Below, in pieces: positions 53,453 to 64,000 of a DNA stretch of 64,000 bases. The DNA lies in the NCBI GenBank assembly GCA_964016885.1, contig OZ024743.1:167958001-168022000 (forward strand). The letters run 5' to 3'. Source of the stretch: Eledone cirrhosa (taxonomy: Eukaryota). The position numbers were made by a program, and so were the translations under genes. Below the pieces are notes generated by a model. That model worked only from the letters and a program-made list of their open reading frames with translations. It had not been told where the DNA came from and searched no databases. Every line of letters starts with the position of its first letter. The first letter of the stretch is position 1.

Positions 53453-54077
53453 GAATAGAATGAAACGAAATTTCATTTCTCACTCTTAGTACTGCACTTA
53501 CTTAAATGTAATATACGTACATACATATATGTATACAGACGTACAGTAGTATGTATATATATACATACATGCACACATATATATATGCACGTATCGGTTT
53601 ACCGAACATTTATTATAATGCCCGATACGTGCATATATGTGCATGTATGTATATATATACATACTACTGTACGTCTGTACTAAGAGTGAGAAATGAAATT
53701 TCGTTTCATTCTATTCCATTTATCGTTTTCGGTGCACCCGGCCGACTAAACTCACTCAATATGCAAATTAGGCTGCTCAGCCGTTAATATGCATAAGGAA
53801 AGTATATACTTTCAGACGTTCAACCAACTGACAGGAAGGTATACGATGCTGACGATAGCTAATAAGCTTGAAACTAGTACATCGTTCCTGTGTCAGTGTT
53901 GAACAAAAAGGTGGCGTGCTTGCCTAAACACTGTACGGCGTAATTCGGGCTCTTTGTTTGTTTACAAACAAACCGAGCATTATAATAAATGTTCGGGAAA
54001 CCCATACGTGCATATATATATGTGTGCATGTATGTATATATATATACATACTACTGTACGTCTGTATACATATATGT

Positions 54078-54090
<13 letters not shown>
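53453..54090 (+). mobile_element. PLE terminal repeat with 5' fold-back (53453-53597 / 53622-53716)
   Basis: Same family as 45369-45895. Confidence 0.75.
53843..53885 (+). ncRNA. Minimal type-I hammerhead ribozyme motif
   Basis: ACGATG-CTGACGA-tAGCTaataAGCTt-GAAA-CTAG-TA-CATCGT; stem I extendable by CTGACAGGAA/TTCCTGTGTCAG. Confidence 0.9.
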
Positions 54091-54173
<83 letters not shown>

Positions 54174-54249
54174 GTCTGAGGGTAGCTAAGATGTTTCCAT
54201 AGGCGGTATGCCGGTTGAGCACTCTATGCTCTTACAGAGCAGAGTTTGA

Positions 54250-56962
54250 TAGAATAGAAAACGAAAAATCAGTAATGCATCTGAACTCAATTTATTGTGT
54301 TACAATTGTTTCCCCGGCGGACAGCTCGAGACGCGATCATTGTGTGGGTCTGTCTGATTCTGGACCCGCAGGTTCGACGGACACGTCTAATGATTTCGGA
54401 GCATATTCTCTCACTGGGTTATCTGACCCTCTGGGCCAGTACCGTCAAAAATTTCATCCTCTTCGCGCGTCCTGCGATTGACCGCGGTTGTCGACGTCAT
54501 CATAATTCTGACCACAGGTTCCAGTCCGCTGACCATCAGGGCGTTAGCTGTCCCATGTCTGCTACACTTCAATAAATTACTGCTGTGTTTGGTTGTTCAC
54601 ACATCCATTGCACGCGCACACAAGCACAGAGATAATGACAGTCGTACTCATAGTCTCTCGCTATACAAACACATTTAAGGAGAACATATAAATATACGCA
54701 TACATGCATCCAGAGAGGCACGTACACACACAGGCACATACCCACATGCCTATATGCATCAACATACACAAACACATACATGTGCATACACATGCACACG
54801 CGTATATATACCCGTACACACAAACACGTACAGACATATACATAGAAACCCCTCGACCCACGCACACACATATACACGTACCCATATAGATATATACACA
54901 CACCGATACACACTCGCGCGCAAACACACATATACACACAAACAAGCCCTTTCCCTACACGGGTGCTTGTACACACGCACACACACTGGCGCATATACAT
55001 TCTTACAAACATGCGCATATTCATATACACACCCACGCACGCATAAAAAAATTAGATATATATAGATAAAAAGAATATACACACAAAGTCATATAAAGAT
55101 ACACAATGGGTCATACATGAAAGGATGAATCTTGTTATATATATATATACATACATGAAAAAAATTCATATACACATATATAAAAAAAAATATACATATA
55201 ACGGCACATAAAGATACACAGTGGGCTATACATGAAAGGATGCACCTTGTTATATGTGCCTACAGAGATGTTGCGTTGCGAATATGGATCAATCCACATA
55301 TGGAATCCTCACGTCAAACCACATAATGTGTGTTCATGGTATTACAGTAAGTAGTATGTGCAGACCGTACATAGTAAATACATCTGAATTACAAAAGAGA
55401 AGTATGAGATACACATGTGCGTCTGTATACGGAAAATACATTAGGTGTTACAAAATGGAATGCGTGGAGAGTATGCAGGGACTGCGTGGACAGGCCATAC
55501 TGGAACATGTCACTGGTTGAGGTAGAGTGTCTTATTGGTGTAAGGCACGGGACTGAATATCAATGGAATTTGGTCAACCTGACCCGGCTCAGGCGATGTT
55601 GTTGCCTAGGGTGACGTGCAGAGTCGGGTAGACATCCTGGGTTATGTCGGCTTACCCCACGGGGCATATATAGTCAACAAGGTATGGTGTCTGATCCCTT
55701 CAACCAGTTTCGCCGCTCTGGCCGGCGTGCGCTCCCCCGCATGCCTTTAGCTTGGGCTGCCCGGTGGATTCCATGCGGAGAGTGTGAACCTTCTCTGGTG
55801 TCTGCACGTCATGATTATTTCCGATTTCAGGTTGACCGCATCATCCTTCAGTCTGACTATCTCCATGGCCTCAGATAGGCATAGCTTACACATTCTATTT
55901 CCAGCCGAATATGCATTCGCGTGCCGAACGATACTCCAGTTGAGATCATACGGGGTGCCTTTGTCTTTCAAGTCCCACACCAGGTCTGCCAGCCTAGTAG
56001 ATTGCCTCTTGTCCGGTCCTTGAAAGAGATAATGTGGTTATACATCCTCGATTTAAAGGTCATGGATATTGCGCCGATGTAGGTGCACTTTGTGTTGTGC
56101 GTGCTAACCACACATTTATATACCAGGCCCTTCGTTAGGCATCTTCCCTGCAGAGGGCACTGTGTTCCCGTTCTTCAGTTGCACGTTCTGTCAGTATATT
56201 GTTCATTTCGGACGCCTGGCCCTTGATCTACCACGGCCCTTTCCCGATTCTCTGGGTGTTGATCTGCCGACACGGTGGTCTCCCATCCGTCACTCATTTC
56301 CGCCCGGCGTTGGATTGTATCGTCTTCCGCGGTCGTGGAGGCGGCCGCAGGGCCGGGTTGTAGTTGGAAGACCGGTCTGCAAGGGGCCCTCCGGGCTCTG
56401 ATGGACGGTCATTCGGCCACCGCGGTTGACGGTCAAGGTTCCCCATCTTCGCCACATTGGTTTTGGCCATGTAGTCTGCCATATTAGGTGCCGTGGAGAA
56501 GGAGAACTTCACCGTGTGGCGGTTGAAATTCTTGTGGTATCTGCTCGACGGCGGGAAGCACTCGTCCAACGCTCGGAAGAAGAAGCCTGGTACATTGCTG
56601 CATACATGCTTCCAATACGGCGCGTTAAACCATATAACGGCCTGAGACATTGTCTTGTTCCTTCGGGTGTGTGTAGTAGTGTGAATGTGTGTTGGGTCAG
56701 GTGTCCGTGCCGGTTTTTTCCCGTCCGTTATTTCGTCCCCTATGTTGCGCTATCTCTATGTCTACCGCAGACGTCTGGGTTACGCGTTCGCTTACTGAGG
56801 TATTCCGTTTTGTATTGTCGGCTCTACTGTTCGTCTCGTTTAAGCCATGCGGTGCTGTTGTCGGAGCTACATCATTGCTACTGGTCCGGCTGTCTCCTCT
56901 ACCAGGTTGCACGGCCGTACTTGTGTTACCCTGTCCCTAGTTCTAGTTTCCGTGACGCATGT
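54250..56962 (-). mobile_element. PLE family X, third copy (linker + GIY-YIG + ~1.5 kb 3' region)
   Basis: VIWFNAPYWKHVCSNVPG, CPLQGRCLTKGLVYKC, MCKLCLSEAMEIVRLKD. Confidence 0.85.
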
Positions 56963-56964
56963 GT

Positions 56965-58690
56965 AGTTCTTCTAGGATCTTCCATACTTCATATCTCTCC
57001 CGTCTTCGACTTTTTCCAGTAGCTCATTTCTTTCATTGAGGCAATCCTCTTGGTGTATCTTCATTGGATTGCTTCAAGTTCTGTGATTAGTTTGACACTG
57101 TGGGACGACCACATCTGAGAGCAATCATCCAGTCGGCTGAGGACGAATGTCCTCTAGAACAGGCAGGTCAACAAATGGGTCACATATGTGTTGCGACTAA
57201 TTGCGCACATTACAACTACTGTTTTTTATTTTATATTGCGAAGATAAAACATGCTCACACTGTAAAAGCCTTTGTGCGGGCCGCAGGTGTGCTTAAAAAG
57301 GGCTGCATGCGGCCCGCGGCCGCAGGATAGACATGTCTGCTCTAGAAGACCAATATGGTTTCCGGGTCTCTTGTCCTGAATGTCCTCCGAATCCAACCCC
57401 CTCATGTCAATAACCAGGGCTCGTATGGATTTTGTCTCGGGGATTTTGATTCCTCTTGGTTCGGTGTACCTTTGTTGTAGTGGTCCTGTGTTTGTGGGTT
57501 GATAGTGGAGTGTATGAAACTTACCTGCATTAAATTGTATATTGTTGTCTTCAGCACATTAGTATATGACTTCCAAATCGGGTTGTAAAAGAGTGGCATC
57601 AATTGGTTTCTTGATTGCCTGTGTATGGGAGGCTGTCTGTAATACAGAGGGTATGTCTGGGACAGCCACCACAAACAGTAGTGTTCCCAGGACAGTTCTT
57701 TGGGGAACCCCGCTTGTTATTGACGTTTCTTTTGAGAGTGCCCCATTAACTGCAACAGTTTGGCTTCTGTCTTTTAAGAAGTCATGAAGCCATTTACTGA
57801 GTTTTCCAGCTATAGCAAAGCAACGTAGTTTGTGACATCATTCCATGATCAACCTTGTCGAAGGCCTTCGCAAATTCAAGATATATCAAATCCACGTGCC
57901 AACAGTCTAGCCGCTGTTTGAGTACCCGGTCATAATGCTGCAATAGCTGCATAAGGCATCTTTTACCCGGGCGCAAGCCATGCTGTGTGTCAGTTAGAAG
58001 ACCAATTTCTTCTAGAAAAGTAATCAATTTCCTTCTGATGATTCGTTCCAAGACTGCTGATATGTGAGGTCAGGGAGACAAGCCTGCAGTTTTTAGCACC
58101 TGCTCTGTTACCTCCTTTATAAATAGGACATATGCCTTCTTTTAATTTTCCAGGTAGTTTACCACTTGCAAGGAATATTTGGAAAAGGATCTGCTGTGGC
58201 TTTGCTAATGTTCATTTGCTTGTTATTGGAAGGATTGCTGGGAAACCATCAGTGTTAGCAGTTGAATTTGGCCTCATTTCATCTGTGGCTGATATTACGT
58301 CTTTCTTCTTTATATCTATATCTTTGATAGTTGCCGTTTCTCTGTGTAGTGCAGTGGTGTTAAAGAACTAATCTGGCTTATTTGTTTGTATGTGTCTAAT
58401 TGGAGGTGTCAAAACACTTTTGTATTGTTCATTCTATACCTTACTTATCCCCTGGTGGTCTGCGGTCAGTGAGCCACTTCCATGGAAATGTGGCCCTATC
58501 CCGTAGTGTACTGAGGCGGCCTCTTTTGTAAATTTAAGAAAGTTTTAAGGTTCGTCTTTTTATTTTCTATAGCCTTGGCTTCGCCGTCTGTCCTCTCCTT
58601 TTCATAGGAGTGTTTGAGTTCATTTTCAATTTCAAACGGTGCCTGCTTTAAATGGGATTCCTTCTTGTTCTTTAGTTGTATAATATGTAG
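56965..58690 (-). pseudogene. Decayed CR1-like LINE RT region
   Basis: LLTDTQHGLRPGKRCLMQLL, DLIYLEFAKAFDKVDH, SGVPQRTVLG, LEAIQ..YTKRI. Confidence 0.85.
57160..57339 (+). mobile_element. hAT (Charlie-like) MITE inserted into the CR1 LINE
   Basis: 8-bp TSD CTCTAGAA on both sides (57152-57159, 57340-57347); TIR CAGGCAGGTC/GACATGTCTG; subterminal GCGGCCCGCGG. Confidence 0.85.
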
Positions 58691-58698
58691 CCGTATCA

Positions 58699-59098
58699 AT
58701 AACCATACAGTATATTATCATACAGTATATATTTGATAATATACTGTATGGTTATTTTAAAACATGTTGAAAACCATTCGCTATGAGTTTTAAAGTAGTG
58801 ACTAAGTCACTTACTTAGTCTCGGGCAAAAACAAAGGGAAGTAACCGACGGTCGTTTCTCGCTCGTTAACGTTTATCAAGATAGCATACCCCTTGGCTTC
58901 TGCCGAGCGAGATCTATAGAAGCTGGATTCTTATAGAATTCTGGTGATGTTTAAGAGCTGATTAAACAGAGCAGTTGCCAATCCAGCAAAAATTAGGAAT
59001 TAGTATCAGTGCTAATTTTTGCTGGACCGGCAACTGCTCTATTTAATCAGCTCTTAAACATCACTGGAATTCTGTAAGAATCCAGCTTCTATAGATCT
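58699..59098. repeat. Two hairpins: 58699-58756 and an ~85-bp-arm inverted repeat at 58910-59098
   Basis: AGATCTATAGAAGCTGGATTCTT... vs ...AAGAATCCAGCTTCTATAGATCT. Confidence 0.85.
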
Positions 59099-60224
59099 TT
59101 CGACAGCTAGATACGAACATATATATGTTGTGTTTACCTAATGCTTTTAACTTTCACTCCATTGAGTTCTTTGTGATTGCCTAAAACAAATCAAATAGTA
59201 CTTGCTGTGCAGCAGCTAAAACTTCGATTTATACCTATTATAAGTTATTCTCCTAGATTCATGTATGCGATCGATAACGATTTAGATATCTTTTGTTTAC
59301 AAACACTAGTGAAAAGCTTTTGTTTTGAGGCTGTGTGAATTCCTTTGTTTTCATACTCTGAAAATAGCCGCCAAATTTTTCGGCTAGTGTGACCTCCTCT
59401 TTTGGTAGATGTGCGTGGCTTCTGTCTATGCGCGTGTGTGACCACGTTCGTGTCCCTGAGTGTTATAAAGTCGACGTGTGCACACCGGTATGTGTGTGTG
59501 TATGTCTGTGAGTGTGTTTGTGTGGGGATTTTTCTGTAGTTTCTATGTATGTGAGTCTGTACGATTGCATGTGTGTGTGTGTGTTTATATTATTCGCTTG
59601 TGTATTGAATGAGTGTGTGTGTGAGTGTGTCTACACGCGGGTGTATATAGGTGATTTTTTTAATTGTTTATATGTATTTGAGTGTGTACGTATGTGTGTG
59701 CATATGTTTGTGATGCTGGCTTTGTGTTATCTGTAGAGGGAAGCGTTTGTCTGTGTGTGTGATTATTGTTTAGTATGTATGTGTGTCCATCCATGTATAT
59801 GTGTTGTTTCTATTATATTTACGGATGTGAGTGTGTAATTCAGCGTGTGTGTGTGTATTTCTGAAGATTGTGTGTATGTGTGTATGTTTGTATCTACATG
59901 AGCGTTGTGGTTGTGTTTGGACAGTAGCAGAAAGATATTATGAACGTATGTATGAGGGTGCATGTGTATATGTTTATGTATGGGTATGTTCATGTGTGCG
60001 TGTGTTTTTGTTGGAGTGTTGGAGTATTCAGGATAGAAAAGTATGGGTACAGCGAAGCCAAGGAAGGTTTTGAGGTGAAGAAAGGGAGGTCGTGATGCAC
60101 GCAGAACGGAAGTGAGTTGGGAGGGGGCTCTGGTGGTAGGGTATGTGTGTTTAGTGGTATGTGCGTTGGTGGTAGGGATGAAGGCGTGTCTGTATAGTGG
60201 TTGGTAACAAAGGTGATCTTCTAC

Positions 60225-60960
60225 CATGCAACACCTCGTCCTCTCCCTCTTACCTCCTACTACCAGCCACCCCATCGTCCGCACCCCACGCACTCTCACA
60301 ATTTATTTCTTCCCCCAAATACACAAACTCGATACCCCTGGTTGCCTCATCGACTCCAGCAGCAACTGCTCACACGTCACCTCCACCTTCTTTGAACACA
60401 CTGACTCCCACTCCTACCTCGATTTCACCTCCTCCCAACACACATTCACCAAAAGCTCCATCCCTAACCCCCAATTTTTCTGACTCCATTGTCTATGCAA
60501 CTGAACTGAGAGCTTCGGGGCTCAGGCCCTTTATTTGACCACTTCACTCAGAGAGGTTACCTGCGACCACGCTGTCCACCACCCCACCAACCTAACACCA
60601 CACCTTCGTCTCCCCACCAACCGATTCCCTTTGTCCTTACCATCCACCTCGGTCAGGCCCCTCCACTTCTACCATATTCCAATTCCCATCCCTCTCCTCC
60701 TTCAAGCGCACATGCAACTTCTGGAACCTCCTAGTCCGTAGCACCCTTCCTCACTCCAATTCGTTCCCCGGATCCCTCCCCTGTTCCCGATCCCGCTGCC
60801 ACACTTGCCCTTACATCACCAACATCTTGCTGGGACCCAACGGCCAATCCTTTCGTGTCGGGAACTCTTTCCACAGCACCTCCTCCAGCCTTCTCTACGG
60901 ACTCCATTGCATACCATGTGGAGCTGCCTACATCGGACAGACAACACTCACTCCTTAGAC
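60225..60960 (+). pseudogene. Decayed PLE (Neptune-like) RT thumb/linker/GIY-YIG
   Basis: TDSHSYLDFTSSQH..KSSIP, CSRSRCHTCPYI, CIPCGAAYIGQT. Confidence 0.7.
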
Positions 60961-61649
60961 ATGATCAGCGCATGGTTTTCCTTCTCTAGACCTGGTCCGG
61001 TGACGGTCTAAAAGCCCCACCCATCTTCCTTTAGCTCCACCCACACACCCACACCAACCTACACATCCCACACACTTCACCTTTCCCTCACCCACACCCG
61101 CCATCCATTAACCGCCGGAATAACATGTAGCCTCTTTTCGGGTCGATCAACGCCCGATACAGATGTGTCCAACTGTTCTTTTCGCTTGTCTTGTTTATGT
61201 CGCCTATGCCAGCGCAGACCAACAGACATTTTGGTTCTGTTGCGGGGTCTATTCGTGGTCCTTTCTTATTTCGTGCGCGAAACCATGTGGATCTAGAATG
61301 AAGTTGCAGGGGTTTTCACGACAATGTAATTCTTTATTTCTCATTAGTTTGCATTCTTCATTATCAATTTTTTATCATTCATAATTCTCCAAAAATATTT
61401 TGCTCCATCAATCTCATTCCCGCTTTTCTCCACTCCCCTTTTCTTCTCACTCCAATTCTCATCTAGTATTTTATACTCTTTTTCTACCATTCTCTCTCCC
61501 TCTCTCGTTCTTCGGCTCACTATGTGGTTATATTTTAACCCGACCTTTTGCTAGGTACATAGCAATCAATTGTTCACAGCTACCCACGCGCTGAGTTTTC
61601 TCAAGTTTTATGAAAATTCACAGACACACGCACAGACACACATGTATGA

Positions 61650-61708
<59 letters not shown>

Positions 61709-62479
61709 ACAGTAGAACGCTGGTGGATGAAGTCAAAACAAAAAAAGCAAAAATATCTAAGCAAAAAATCCTAAAAGTTTGTTGTTTTTCTTGTCTGTCA
61801 CGAGGAGTGGTTAGTGCTCTGGGATGTCGTGTACGTAGTTGAATAAGGAGGCAGTGTAAGAAGGGAGTCTGACCCGAGGATGCCAAGTTAGTCAGGCGTC
61901 CACGGCATTAAGAGAGATTTAATCCTATACAACTAGCTCTATAGAAACGGTAAACTTCAATTCAAAGGGATAAAAAAAAAACGAGAGAAAGCGTGTAATA
62001 ATCAAAGAAAGTAGCGTAATGGGTTTAAATTAAGTTTGCCTAATCTAACGCTTGGCTATAGAGGAAAGCGTGTATATTTTAATACTAATTTAGTTCCTGA
62101 TAAAGAAATCTAGTTATCAATTACTCTGAGGCACATAAAGGGTGCCTCATACACTAATTTACTTGTTTTTTTTTAAATATTCAAACACCCAAAAAGTCTA
62201 CCCTTAGTCTGGTGAGGTGTCATAGCTATCTGTTCGGCCGGTTCCATAGGGTTTTATGTATATTTTAGCAAGAGTTAAAATATTCCAGGTTTACCTAAGG
62301 AAAATTAGGAACTGTTTATAATAGTGTAAGTATGTAAAGTTACACCTAAGTGTAATTAAAAAGTGTAAATGACAAAGAAAAAATTCTATTTCTACATAAG
62401 TAAGCTTGGGGTTTCCTCTATTGTAATTTGTAATTGGGAAGTAAATAAAGCCGAGATCTACCCAATTGGGTCGTGAGGG

Positions 62480-62960
62480 GGTTTGAAGGTAAGATATGTC
62501 TTATATATTCTGTGTTTACACGAGGTAACGAGTTTATCCTTTTTGTTTAACAATTGGTCTCTTGCAAACAGCATCTGGATCGTTTCCTCCGAACATAAAT
62601 TGCACGGACGGCATCCTGCCGAGTAATATTTTGCCCTGGAAAGTAGGCTCCAACTTAGATGATAGATAATATGGTCGTCTTGGAGGTCCCAAATATGGCC
62701 AGAAAGTGCTGTCGCGTGTCGCCGGGCCGGGTTTGTAAATGAATGTTGGTGTTGGTATTACCGGGCCTTAAACTCGCATGTGATTAATCCAATGTAGGCC
62801 TTGCTGGAGTGTTCCTTCCTCACGTTACAGTGGTAGATCCCGTTTCGTTCGCAGAATCGGTTGTTGGAGGGGCACGATGATCTATCCAGACAATTGCAAT
62901 TCCTAATTTGCTCACCGTTAATATTGTTGTTAGAGAGGAGTTTTGTTGTTGTTCGATGAA
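62480..62960 (-). pseudogene. PLE GIY-YIG fragment
   Basis: CNCLDRSSCP..IYHC..AYIGLITCEFKAR, CNLCSEE, LLNKKDKLVTSCKH. Confidence 0.85.
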
Positions 62961-63419
62961 GCAATGTTATGTGCAAAGTTGGATGTTAATATTATTTAAC
63001 ATATGTATATAATTTGTTTAATAATACATAGCATTTTAGTCTACATTCGTATTTTGTAAATTTTTAAAAATAATTCTTTAGTTCAATAATCATTAGCCCT
63101 AAATAGCTTTTTAAAATTACATCATACTAAATATACTTACTAAATATTTATTTTTCCATTTAATAATGTTTAACTCTCTTATAAAAGGTATTATATGAAT
63201 TATCTCCCTTTTATTCTTAATTTTCTATTAACCGTCAGTTAACGATAAATTTTCAAACTAAGATGGAGTTATTTATGCATAAGCATATATGACTTTCTCC
63301 CATCTATTCAAATATGTGGTGCTTTTTTCCGATGATAACATTTATTCTATATTGAATTTTTGCATTGCTGATTATATTTACTCAACATTAATTCATTGAA
63401 TGGGTTAATTAATAATAAT

Positions 63420-63985
63420 GATTTCTAGAATAGGCACAAGGTCAGCAATTTGGGGGAGGGGAAAGTCGATTAAACCGACCCCAGTACGTTACTGGGCTTT
63501 ATTTTATCGACCCCTTAAGGATGAAAGGCAAAGTTAACCTCGGCGGGATTTGAACTCAGAATGCAAAGGGCCGTAAACTCTATGCTGCAAATCATGATGT
63601 CCGACTCTCTAAACACTTCAACCTATATTTGACTTTTATTTTGCCGAGTATCCTTTATTCAACATTATTGGCAGTATCGGTAGAGGGTCGGACGCCAAGC
63701 TTTCCAGCATAGTTACGTCCCTTTACGATCTGAGTTCAAATCCCGCCGAGGTTGACTTTGCCTTTCATCCTTACAGGGTCGATAAAATAAAGTACCAGTA
63801 ATGCACTAGGTAATTGCTGGCCTTGTGCCTAAAGTAGAAACAATTATTACCGGGCCTTTACGATCTGAGTTCAAATCCCGCCGAGGTTAACTTTGCCTTT
63901 CATCCTTACGGGGTCGATAAAATAAAGTACCAGTAATGTACTGGGTAATTGCTGGCCTTGTGCCAAAAGTAGAAACAATTATTAC
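63420..63985. mobile_element. Octopus-type SINE cluster (one on minus at 63420-63612; two tandem on plus at 63668-63985)
   Basis: B-box GAGTTCAAATCCC, core CTTTCATCCTTAC.GGGTCGATAAAATAAAGTACC, tail GGCCTTGTGCC.AAAGTAGAAAC. Confidence 0.9.
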
Positions 63986-64000
63986 CGGTTAATTGCCATA

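Overview
A 64 kb, AT-rich, microsatellite-dense eukaryotic intergenic or intronic window made almost entirely of transposon debris. The dominant tRNA-derived SINE and the (TA)n/(CA)n load suggest an octopod cephalopod; this is inferred from recall, not from a search. No host protein-coding gene is supported; one weak mini-exon candidate is noted. Contents: about 13 Penelope-like retroelement (PLE) fragments (RT and/or GIY-YIG); a near full-length decayed R4/Dong-type LINE plus a second 3' fragment; RTE, L1/Tx1 and CR1-like LINE fragments; a hAT-type transposase relic interrupted by a Helentron/HINE-like element; several MITEs; and two SINE families. The most striking signal is about a dozen minimal type-I hammerhead ribozyme (HHR) motifs (stem I-CUGANGA-stem II-GAAA-palindromic loop-UH-stem I'), read by eye. 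They sit in PLE terminal repeats and in short fold-back, non-coding elements embedded in (TA)n tracts. One fold-back turns around exactly inside the ribozyme core, and one motif carries a U3-A8 covariant core with a long stem II. All coordinates were read by eye and element boundaries are approximate.
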